A stretch of 64,000 bases of DNA from Phaeosaccion multiseriatum (Eukaryota; Protista; Ochrophyta, other classes): contig OZ218964.1 of NCBI GenBank assembly GCA_965112735.1, forward strand, positions 434,001 to 498,000, written 5' to 3'. The position numbers and the translations under genes were made by a program. Below the pieces are notes generated by a model. The model searched no databases. It was not told the origin of the DNA and saw only the letters and a program-made list of their open reading frames with translations. Below are positions 1-10,235 of this stretch, in pieces; position 1 is the stretch's first letter, and the number at the start of each line of letters is the position of its first letter.

Positions 1-142
1 ACCTCCCGAAGGTCACGCCCTCGTGTTCTCGCACGGCGTCGTTGAGCCTGTCCGCGATCGAGAACTCATCCGCAGAGAGCACGAGCATTTTATTGGCGAT
101 GTTGTTGGGCCTGACGAAGTCCTCCTGTCAGCGTCCCGCACG

Positions 143-173
<31 letters not shown>

Positions 174-434
174 GGGGAGGGTCGGTGAGGGGAGGCGAAG
201 AAGTGCGCTTAGAAGCGGAAGGGGGGCGACGCTACTCTGTGCTCTGTGCTCTGTGCTCTGTGCTCTGTGCTCTGTGCTCGACACTCACCGTGATGACCCG
301 GACCTTCTGCTCGAAGAATTGGGGCACGCCCGGCAACACAAACACATTCTCGCACTGGAGAATGGGCCACTCCGCCTTGCCCTTGCCCGGAGACGGGAGA
401 CGCAGCACAGCCCGCTCGGGCAGGAGAGCCATCT

Positions 435-467
<33 letters not shown>

Positions 468-870
468 TGGTGGTACAGCAAGCATCAAGCAGCAGCAGGA
501 CGGGGACACGCGCTTAGGAAAAGAGGACTTTTACAGTTACAGCTGACGGGGAAAAAAACAAGACAGCCACTGACCTTGAGCTGCGCCTCCGTGAGCCCCT
601 TTTGGTCCTGCACCTTGAATGCCGTCACGAGCTTGCCGAGCATCTCCTCACTCTGTGTGATGGGCTGCCCCAGCGCCGCCCCCACGGCCTTGATGGTGAT
701 GTCGTCGTGAGTGGGGCCGATGCCCCCCGAGGTCAGCACGATGTCGTAGGCCTGCGCCTGCTTGCGCACCTCAGCGGTTATGTCCTCGAGGGTGTCACAC
801 ACCACAGTTACTCTCTGAGAGGGGAGGGGAGAGGGGCACCATGAGGGAGCATTGCCACAAATTGGAGGGC

Positions 871-904
<34 letters not shown>

Positions 905-3362
905 GGAGGAGGAGGAGGAGGAGGGGACGGGAGATGGGGGAACTCAGGGCAGCACGGGGGACGCTGGAGGGGGCGCTGGTAGTCTCTTGGTGCGGTAGGC
1001 GGGAAGGGGGCGGGCATAAAGGGGAGCGGTGGAGGCTTTTGGCTGGTCCCGGCACGAATAGCAAGAGAAATTCACAACCACGCGGATAACAAAGACATGA
1101 CCGATACCCGATACACCTGATAGTGTATGGTCCTACATGCACCTACCTGTATGGGGATGCCTCGCTTCCAGAAGGCCTCCGCCGCGAATTTGGTGTTTGA
1201 GTCGACGCACTTTCCCTTGAGAATCTCGTCCCCGACTATCACCAGCCCCACAGACTTGCAGCTCAACCGCCCGGGCCCTCCTGCGCATACAGACCCCAAG
1301 TTATCGCCGCAAGCAAGCGTCAAGGGACTCCACAAGAACGGATGAATGACGAGCTATCGTACTTGAGCAGAGGCAATACAGCAGCCTCCATGACTCTCCG
1401 TCCTGCCCTGCACGCCCCCAAGACCCACCTTCCCGCTTCTCCTCCTCCTCCTCCTCCTCTTGAGCAGGAGCCACAGCTTCAGCCTCGTCGTTCTTCTCGC
1501 CCTTCTTGAGCCGCCCAGCTCGCTCCAAGTCCCAATCCACAAGCATATGGGCTGGGTAGTATCCAGACCCGCCCGGCCGCTTGAGAGCTGCCGCAAATGA
1601 AGCGTGCCATAAGCACAAGCGAGTAGTACGTCCAATCCAAATAGGGGAGTGTGAACGAGGTGATGGAAGGCAGGGGAAGGCTGGTTTGGTCACGGGCCCC
1701 TTCTGTCACTCACTCCACTTACCTGGATTGGGTTGGGTGTCCTCCACAGAGCCCAGCGACGTGTAACCCTCGTCGTACAGCGAAGGGTACGGGAGCTTGA
1801 ACTTTCTCAGAAAGGTCCAAATCTGTCCGTAGTCCCAGTCGATGATGGGGTTGACGCGCATGAAAGGCGGCATCCAGTCGCTGCTCGGCGTAAAGGGCCC
1901 CTGCGTGCCGCAGTTGGGGTCCCCCTTCCTCGTCCCCAGGGTGAAGGCGAAGGTCCCGCCGCCCAGGTCGGACATGCATTGGGTCAGGCCCTGATTGGGG
2001 GTGATTGGGAGGGGGGACGTGCGTGTGTGTGCGGGCGTGCATGTGCGTGCGAGTGTGCGTGCGAAGTAGTATAGTACTCAGTAGTGCTCAACAATGCAGG
2101 CCTTGCGGAGCAAAGGAGGGTGGGCGGTGTTCACCGACCACTGACACGGACCTTGACAAATCCTGTGTCGTAGGTGAGGACGTCGAGGTCGTAGTCCGTC
2201 TTGGAAGCTTTCACCAAAGCCTTTATCTCCGGGAAGTCCTGAGTAGAGGAGAGTGAAAGGGGAGGGCGGATCAGAGACAAGAGAATACAACGCTCCACGC
2301 CGAGAGCGCACGTACAAGGGGAAAAGAAGCAAGCAAACAACGCGAACAAACCAAAAGCGTATCACTCACACCCACCTTGGGGTTCTCGAAGTAGATGACC
2401 CTGGCCCTGTGCATCCTACCCCTGTCCAGGCTGTACTTGGCGACGGCTGCCCGCTGTAGATGCATAATCACCACGGCGTCCTTTCCCCCATTGTAAGACC
2501 CCACAAGCTTCTCGGGCCCGTACAGCCGCAGCGCGTCCGCCAGCCTCTGGAGCGCCTCTGCCACGCGCAGCGCCAGTTCTGCTGAGCCCTCCGAGAGGCA
2601 GCCTATCCCATCCTTCTCTCCCTCCTCCCCTCCCCGCACCCCTTGGACGGCGTCTTGTCCGCAGCCGGACGCGATGAAGTCCTGAAAAGTGTAGTACAAG
2701 GCGAGGCTTTGCGAGAAGGCTTCTTCGTCGACGCCGTCTGGGTTGTCCAGCTCGGCCACCACCCGCATCAGCTCCGGGGTGACATCGCCCGGTGCAGCAC
2801 TTCCCACTGTGCTGCTGCATCTGGGGCCGCTATGTCCCAGTCTACGGGAGTTTGCTTTCTGCTCCTCACCCGCCACGAGGAGATTCCGTGCTTGCGGGTG
2901 GAGCGAGAGAGAGGATAGGGTCGGGTCGGCCCCTACACACCGTCGAAGACGCATGACCGACGAGTGGGGTCGCACGAGAGAGAGAGAGAGAGATAAGGAT
3001 TGGGAACCGCGTGTAGATTACAGAGCAACGTGGTGAAGGACAGGTAGGCCTTCGTGCACCTCATTCCTTTACCGTAAAATGGGGGGGAGACCTTCTTCCT
3101 ACCGAGCACGCCTGCTGCTCTATCACTCACCCGGCAGTAGCCAACAGCGGCTACTGTCCGCCCTCCTTCTCTTCTTCCTGGCTCCTGCCAGCGCAGCCCC
3201 CTCTCCATCCCACGCACCACCGCGCCCTCGCAGCCCTACTGCTGCTCCTTGAATGGCGTGAGCTGTGCTGGCGGTGCGGGGCACAAAAGCCTCTACACCC
3301 TGACCCTGCAACGAGAGGAGAAGCGTCAAAGTCAGGCCTGTCGCACGCGGCCAAGCAGCCAT
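1..3362 (-). CDS. FLAD1: Bifunctional FAD synthetase: PAPS-reductase-fold FADS domain followed by a molybdopterin-binding/CinA-like domain, with a bipartite plastid-type presequence; 3' end lies outside the window
   Basis: Phase-consistent GT-AG exons 3362-3131, 2890-2376, 2238-2152, 1990-1723, 1587-1429, 1280-1147, 814-575, 432-289, 124-3 (next donor at 2-1). FADS motifs: SYNGGKDAVV, LGTRKGDP, FMRVNPIIDWDYGQIWTFL, YPSLYDEGYTSLGS, ERAGR. Molybdopterin-binding motifs: VIVGDEILKGKCVDSN, TSGGIGPTHDDIT, VFVLPGVPQFF. Confidence 0.93.
235..278. repeat. (CTCTGTG)n 7-mer tandem repeat, intronic
   Basis: About 6 copies just inside the donor at 288. Confidence 0.9.
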
Positions 3363-3710
3363 GGTGGAGACCTTGTGAGGTGCAAAATGGTAAATGAAAA
3401 ATGAAATATGATTGACCCACATGATCCACACATGTTGGTGGCATTTCAAGCCAACTGTGAGTTTTTGACCTCACACACACACACACCACACACACACACA
3501 CACATTCACACTTTCAAGTGATTCCTAAGTCAATTTCAACACCTTTTTGCTTTGAAAGACGGTCCTTAGTGACGGCGAAGGAGCCAACATTGTACCCCGA
3601 GGGTAGGTGGAATGTAATTGGGGCATACATGTCGCGGAAAGGGGGTTTTGCCCACGAAAGAGAGCCCTGAAAATCGAAGATGACGTCGTAAGATTACATA
3701 ATAAATACAG

Positions 3711-5135
3711 CTATGGCGCCTCCGCAGCAGCCTCTTCCCCCTTGGCCTCCCTCACGACCTCCTTATCGAACGCCCACGCCACCTCGGCGGCAACGTCGGC
3801 GTCGATGCTCTGCGGGGCCGCGACCATGATCTTCTTGTTGACCATCAGGTACTTTATCACCTCCCCCACCTGGGCATATGGGCAACAAACAGCATGCACG
3901 AAGGGGAAAACACATTAGTGTGTGTGAGAGAGCGAGGGAGCGGGCGGGGAGGGAGAGAGGGAGAGAGAGAGGGAGTGAGCGAGTGAAAGTGAGCGAGGGA
4001 GTGGGGGAGTGGGTATGTGAGAGAAACACGGAGTGAGAGCGTGGGTGAGCGAGAGGCAGAGGGAGTGGGGGTGAGGGAGAGACAGAGAGACATATCAAGA
4101 GGACACATGTACTAAGGGAGGAGGAGGAGGAGGAGGAGGAGGAGGAAGAAGAGGAGGAAGAGGAAGGGGGAGAGGAGAAGGAAGTGGAGCAGGACGAGGA
4201 GGGGGTATATAGGGGAGGAGACGGAGAGGGAAGAGAGGAAGAACGACGACGACGACGACGACAACAACGACGACGACGAGGAGGAGGAGGAGATGATGTA
4301 CACATCCAGCTTCCTTTTCAGCGAGACACAATAGCAAGCCCTGTGCTTGGTGCAGCACCTTCGCGCTGCCCGCGCGCACCCCAGCAAACTCGACCCACAG
4401 ACGGAGACGGCATCTCCTCCTCCTCACCTTGATGTCCATCATGGTGGCGAGCTCAAACACGGTGACAGTTGGCTCGAGCAGAGACACAGGCTTCGCGGGG
4501 GGGGGCGGTTCCACCTTCTTTGGAGGGGGGGGGGGGCGTTTTTGGCCCCCTCGAGGCTTTTTCTTCCGCCGTTTTGGCCTGTGGGGGGAGGGGTGCCCGG
4601 GGGACGTGTGCGTGCGTATGAGTGCGTGCGTGCGTGCGTGTCAGTTAGTTTGATGGATAGACTGAGTGCGGTTTGAATGAAGTGCGCGTGTTGTTCGTGT
4701 GACCTCCCTCCAGCCCCTCCTCCCCCCCTCCTCCCTCTCCTCGTCCTCCTCGCACCCCTCCTCCTCCTGCCCCCTTCGTCTCCTCCACCACCTGACCCAC
4801 CCGGTTTTCTTGGCGGGCGGGGGTGTGGCATAGCCTGCGTCATTGTCGCTGAACACGTCTGAGGGTGTGTTGTCTGTTTCGGGGGGGTTGTAGGCATTTT
4901 TGGTGGCGAGGAGAGTCCGTGCTTCCCGGTGAAGCGGGAGGGAGCACGGCGCCGTGCTACTGCCGAGCGGTCGTCGCCCCATTGGCTCGGCGCCTTGCAG
5001 CCCTGCCGCTGAGACTGCTCCTTGAATGGCGTGGGCTGCGCTGGCGTGGCAGGGCACAAAGGCCTCTACGCCCTGGCCCTGCCGCCAAAGGAGCAGAGCC
5101 AAAGTCAAGCCTACTGCTCGAGGCCCCGCAGTCAT
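3711..5135 (-). CDS. 214-aa protein with signal peptide plus transit-like region, a Lys/Pro-rich linker and a single IF2_N (translation initiation factor 2 N-terminal)-like domain
   Basis: Exons 5135-4801, 4578-4428, 3869-3711 (645 nt, in frame, TAG stop). The C-terminus VTVFELATMMDIKVGEVIKYLMVNKKIMVAAPQSIDADVAAEVAWAFD fits the IF2_N pattern. No GTPase domain precedes the stop. Confidence 0.8.
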
Positions 5136-5545
5136 CCTCGTCTTGCTCACTCCACTCTCTCCTTTTTTTTTCTTTTTTTTTTCTTGATTTCTTGGTCCAC
5201 ACCTATCCCACCCTTCACGCGTTGGTCGTCCAATATTTGCCAGCCGGTTGTTTATTCCCCGCCTCCTCCATACGCCTCCATCATAATTCCTCCTGCTCGA
5301 AGCAAGATCGTACGTGACCGGGTGATATGTCAACAAAGTTTACGTTCGCTACCACCTCCTTTCTTCCCCTCTCACCATAATAATCCCGTGCCCCTTGCAA
5401 GCTGCTCACGGTAAACTCACTTCAGACCTTCCGCGTTACTCAGGGAGTTAGGAGGATAGGGGGCTCCTTGCTCCTCCCTCCCCCCCCCCCCACTGCTGCT
5501 GCGCCCTATTAAGACCCGAGGTCTTTTCGAGAGACAACGTCCGCA
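5136..5545. promoter_or_regulatory. Putative bidirectional promoter/5' UTR region between the IF2_N gene and the membrane-protein gene
   Basis: Divergent start codons ~410 bp apart, with lower GC than the exons. No specific site identified. Confidence 0.5.
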
Positions 5546-8500
5546 ATGAAGTGCAAGACGATAATGTTCAGGATTGTGCAGGCGACCAGGGCGGTGCTCA
5601 ATGTGTGGGACACATTCACTGACCTTGCGGTGAAGGTCCTGTTCCTCGTGGTGAGTGTCGGCAAAGTACGGGTTTTCACCCGACGGCGCTATGGATCCTG
5701 GGTCCCTGCAGCTCCGCCGGTTCCGTGGCGACAGCGGCGTAGTGGATGTCTGTGGTGTCGGCCGCCATGTAGATGGCGGTGTATCGTCGGTCAAGGCGGT
5801 TTCATCTCTGTCTCTGGCGTGCTTGCCTCACACTGACTCCATCCCCCTTCGCAACGCGTTCATTCTTTCTCCGCCGCTAAACCCAACCTAACTTCCCTAA
5901 TTTCCGTCACATCTAAAAATTGCCGTCCGTCCATGCAGGTGGCAATTTCGATGAGGAGGCTGACGGAGGAGTACCATAACTACAGGTAGGGTGGAGGCGC
6001 AGTTTCTTCCCGCCCCCCTTCTTCTCCTTTCTTCTTCCTGCAATCTCACAACTCAACTCCATTCCCCCCCATCACGCCAGTGGGTGCGAGGCATGTTGCC
6101 TGTGCCCCCTTGCTGGCTTTGGGCTGGATGCCTGCACCGGGAAGGAGACTCTGGAGGGAGAGTGCAGCCGCTGGGTGGACTGCGAAGGGCTCATCAACTT
6201 TGACAGGGCCCGGCCTCAGATTGTGGGCACCATCTACAATCCGCTGGACACGACCGAGGAGAGCTGCGACCTCAACAAAGTGGCCTCTACGGTGTTCCTC
6301 GATGAGGGCGCGTCCGACGAGCTCATCAGGGAGTGCAAGGACGGCACTTTCCTCACCTACGGGCTCATAGCAGGTAAGAGACGGAAAGAGGGGAGGAAGA
6401 CGGGGGGGGGAACCAGGGTTGCCTCCTTCTCTTTTGGGGATGTAGTTCGCGACATGGCTCACGCACACACTCTTCCTTCACTTGTTCTCTGAGCAGGCGC
6501 CACTGCTATTCTGCTGGCCTCCATCGTTCTGCCGGTGGTGAGGCACATGCTGCACAAGAAGGAAAAGAAACACCCCGACTACGTAAGTGATTGGCTGTCC
6601 TCTCCTCTCTACGCCTCGACTTGCCGCGTTGACATTGCTGACGTTCTCACTCGGCCCATATGCCTTTGTCCCCTACCCTGCACCCCCCCCTCTCCTCAGT
6701 CCGAAAGGTGGTACACGCAGGCCACGGCAGTCAACATCTTCAGCGGAGCCTGGTGGCTCATGACACTGCTTTACATCACCATCTCCAAGGTAAGGAGACA
6801 GAAAGTGGGACAGGGGAGGCTTTCCTGGGGCTGTCGGTCTGGCCTTGGGGGTGAAGTAGCTCTTTTCGTCTGACCTTGTCTTCCCTCCCTTCCTTCCTTC
6901 GTTCCTCCCTTCCCTCCCTCGCTCCCTCGCTTCCTTCCTTCCTTCCTTCCTTCCTTCCTTCCTTCCTTCCTTCCTTCTTTCCTCCCCTCCCTCCCTCCGT
7001 TCGTTCGTTCGTTCCTTCCGCCTCTGCTGTCCAGATGATGCTGGAGTCCATCCGCACGACGGACGAGGGCAATGAAGACTCTGTGTGCCCCGCCTTTGGA
7101 GACACGGAGTTCACCCTCATGACTGCGCTGTGGGTGTTGGTGGTGCTCTTTGTCTTCTGCGGGGGGGGCTGCTGCTACTCGATGATGCTAAGGCTGGGAA
7201 AGCCTTACAGCGACAGCTATAGCGAGAGCAGCACCAGGAGCTTTGGCAGGGGAAGCAGCAGCAGGGGCAGCAGCAGGGGCTGTATGTCCTTGGGCAAGGG
7301 GCTCCTCTTCTTGCTCTTCGCCATCGCCGGCGTGGTCATGTTCTTTGCCATCCTTGCCGTCAACGCTGCCCTCTTCTTCGTGCTGAGCAACGACATCGAT
7401 ATCTCCTGGATTACACTCGATGTGCAGCGCATCGGCAAGCTGCTCGTTAGCCTCAACGTGGCCCTGCTGCTTAATCAGCTCACGGCCAAGCTGCCCAAGA
7501 TCATTCTCGGCGTCTATGTGGTGGCTGTGACGTACCTGCCCATCTGCAAAGACGAACCCGCCGGGCAGGCGGAGGGGTCCGCGCTCTCTTCCCCTCGCCA
7601 ATCCCTCTCTGCCAAGAGGGGAGGAGGGGGAGGAGGAGGAGGAGGAGGAGGAGGAGGAGGAGGCAGCTCGGTGGGGCTTATCAAGAAGAGTCCCGAGAGG
7701 GGCTCAAGCAGGCCAATGTCTCCCGTCACAGCCCCGCCCCAGATGGAGGCGGCGGGTGGCAGCAAGGCCAGGCCCCAGTCCTTGAGAGCCTCAGCTCCCG
7801 CGCCCTTGGGCATGGGCGGGCGGGGGCCCGCTCCAGCGGCGGTTGCTGCTGTCGCGGCTGCTGCTCTTGCAAAACCATCTGCTGCCCCGCTTCGCACAGC
7901 GGAAGTGCCGAGCCGCAGAGCCCCTGCTGGACCTGCCGCTGTTGCCGCTGTCGTTGCTGCCCCCCAACCCCAAGGTACGGCAAGATACTCTTTGGCTCCT
8001 GCAGGCTCCTCCAGGCTCTTCCAGATTCTCTTCTGCGAGAGGCCCTGGGGGCAGGCCTGCCTGGAGGCACCGGCACGGTGTATGTGGACACTGTCCTTTG
8101 TCCTTTGTCCTGGGTCTTGCGTTGGAACACATTGTTCACTCTCTCTACTCTTTCCCTGTTTTCGCGCCCCCCTTCCTGCAACCCCTCCTCGACAGGCGAG
8201 AGGCAGCACAAGAAGAAGTCCACTGCCAACCCCGTGCATAGGCAGCCCCCGCCGGCACGAGACGCCCGACAACGTGCCGCCCCTTCCCCTGTCGTGACCC
8301 CGTCGCACCAGCGTGGGCCCGGTGTATCACCCTCTGCCACACCAGATAGAGAAGGAAGGGAAAAAAAGGCGATGCTGAGGCCACAACCTTTCGCTGTCGA
8401 CGCCCCCAGGAGGAGAGGAGACGGAGAAGGGAAGAAGGTCTCACCAGTCCTTCCTAAGGCGGCATCACGCGAGATGGATATTCTCCCCCCTCCTGCTCCT

Positions 8501-9685
8501 GCGCCCGCCGGCCCTCCCGTTACTGAGTCTGCCGCTGTGAGGAAACGAAATAGTAGAGCCACCAGAGACTTGCAGCAACGGCAGAAGGAGCAACGGCAGA
8601 AGGAGCGGCAGGAGGAGGACGGGGTGGCCAGAATCGCGGCGCGAAGGGCAGCGCAGCAAGCTGTGTCCGCCGCGCCCGCCACAGGCCGTTCCACTCCGGC
8701 GGGGGGTGGAACTCCAGCAAGGAGGAGGCGAAGCATCGCTTCAGAGCAGAAGCAGCAGCAAGAGAAGGAGGAGGAAGGGCGCCAATTGACCGAAGCGCCA
8801 GCAGCATCAGGAGCAGCACCCGCAGTAGCAGCACCAGTACCGGCCGCGCCAGTCACGCCACCTCCACGAGCGACAGCAGGAGCAGCGCCATCATCACCTA
8901 TGATGGATGGAGGGGCGGTGGATGAAGACGTCGTGTCCGTTGCCAGCAGGGGGCGCAAGCTCATGTCCCCGGGCTCCTCGGTACCGTCTCTGTACGGGCG
9001 GGGCGAGTTCCCCTCTGTGTCTGGGGTGGGTGAGTACCAATCGAGCGTGTACAGCTTTGGCATGGAGGAGTCAAACTTTGGGGACGACGGCAGCTCAAGG
9101 TGGGGGACAGCGACCTCGGCCATGTTTGTACTCGGACCGGCGGACCTGGACCGAAAGGCGCAGCTCGATGCTCACTACGCCAACAATGGGGCCGACCACA
9201 AGGAGGACGAGTCGGTGGACGACTTGGATTTGGACGACGAGGATGAGGAGTTTGAGACCGCAGCTGCGCGCAACCGAGGCCGCAGCGGGTCTGGTGGAAG
9301 GGCGGACGAGACGTTAGGGGGGCGGCGAAAGAAGGGAGGTGGGCTGTCAGCGGCGGCGGTGGCAGCGGCAGCGGCGAGGGATGAAAGAGCAGCGGCGAGA
9401 GACGAGAAAGAGCAGCGAGCGGCAGCCCTGGCCAGAGTGGGCCTGACGCCCCAGAAGGTGGTGAAGCCGCAGCCAGGCGAGCGTGCGGACCCCTCGGGCA
9501 CCTCATTGCCCACCGCGCACCCTCCTGCCTACCACGATGTCATGGCCTCCGCGAAGGACTTGGTCAAGGATACCAAGGAGAGGGGCTTGGTCAAGGAGAG
9601 AAAGGACAAGCCTCGTGCCGCCACCGCGGGCAGGGGCACACCTGCCACCGGCCACAGGGATTCGTCGCCTTTCCGGAGAAGATGA
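5546..9685 (+). CDS. Hypothetical ~1016-aa multi-pass membrane protein (about 6-7 hydrophobic helices, Cys-rich loop) with a long low-complexity C-terminal tail
   Basis: Phase-consistent exons 5546-5650, 5939-5985, 6081-6373, 6497-6582, 6700-6789, 7035-7974, 8196-9685 (3051 nt). Hydrophobic segments include FLTYGLIAGATAILLASIVLPVV, FTLMTALWVLVVLFVF and LLFLLFAIAGVVMFFAILAVNAALFFVL. No family recognised. The start could be 5546 or 5564. Confidence 0.7.
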
Positions 9686-10235
9686 GGGAGGGAGGTGCTA
9701 AACTTAGGGCGAGCTTTGCGTCTACATAATGAGTCTTGAGTTTTGCTTGCATGTTTAAGGAGGGGGGATTTAACTTAACGTGAGTATTATGTTCAATCGA
9801 ATCCATTCTTCCTCGTGTCAGGAGCTGTAGCTGTTGATGGGTGGGGTGAAGGCGGGACAAGCAGCAAGCGACAAGGAGCAAGAAGACGGACTGGGGGGGG
9901 GGGCTTGCTCCTCGTCTACGAGAGGCGGGGACGAGAGGCGGAGGAGCTGTGTCTGCGTGTCTTGAACTAAGCGCAAGAAAAGGAAGAGAAGGCGTTTACA
10001 CACTTACACAAAGAGAGGATGCACACGTACGTACAAGCAGAGTATACACAGCCCGGATCGGATCGCCACTTCATTCCCGTTACATGCTTTTTCCTGACCT
10101 CTCATCCGTTCCGTCATCTGTGACCTTGATCAGTTGCTGACTGACTGTGTTCCTCCTTCACAGCAGCGGCTGCGGCTCAAGGGAGTTTGAGTTTCAGACT
10201 CATCTGAAGTGAACTGTAGCTGACATCTCACTTAC

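Noticed and set aside
2890-4801. IF2_N gene exon 1 as an alternative first exon of the FAD synthetase
   Set aside because: Its donor is phase 2 while the FADS exon 2 acceptor needs phase 1; FADS has its own compatible exon 1.
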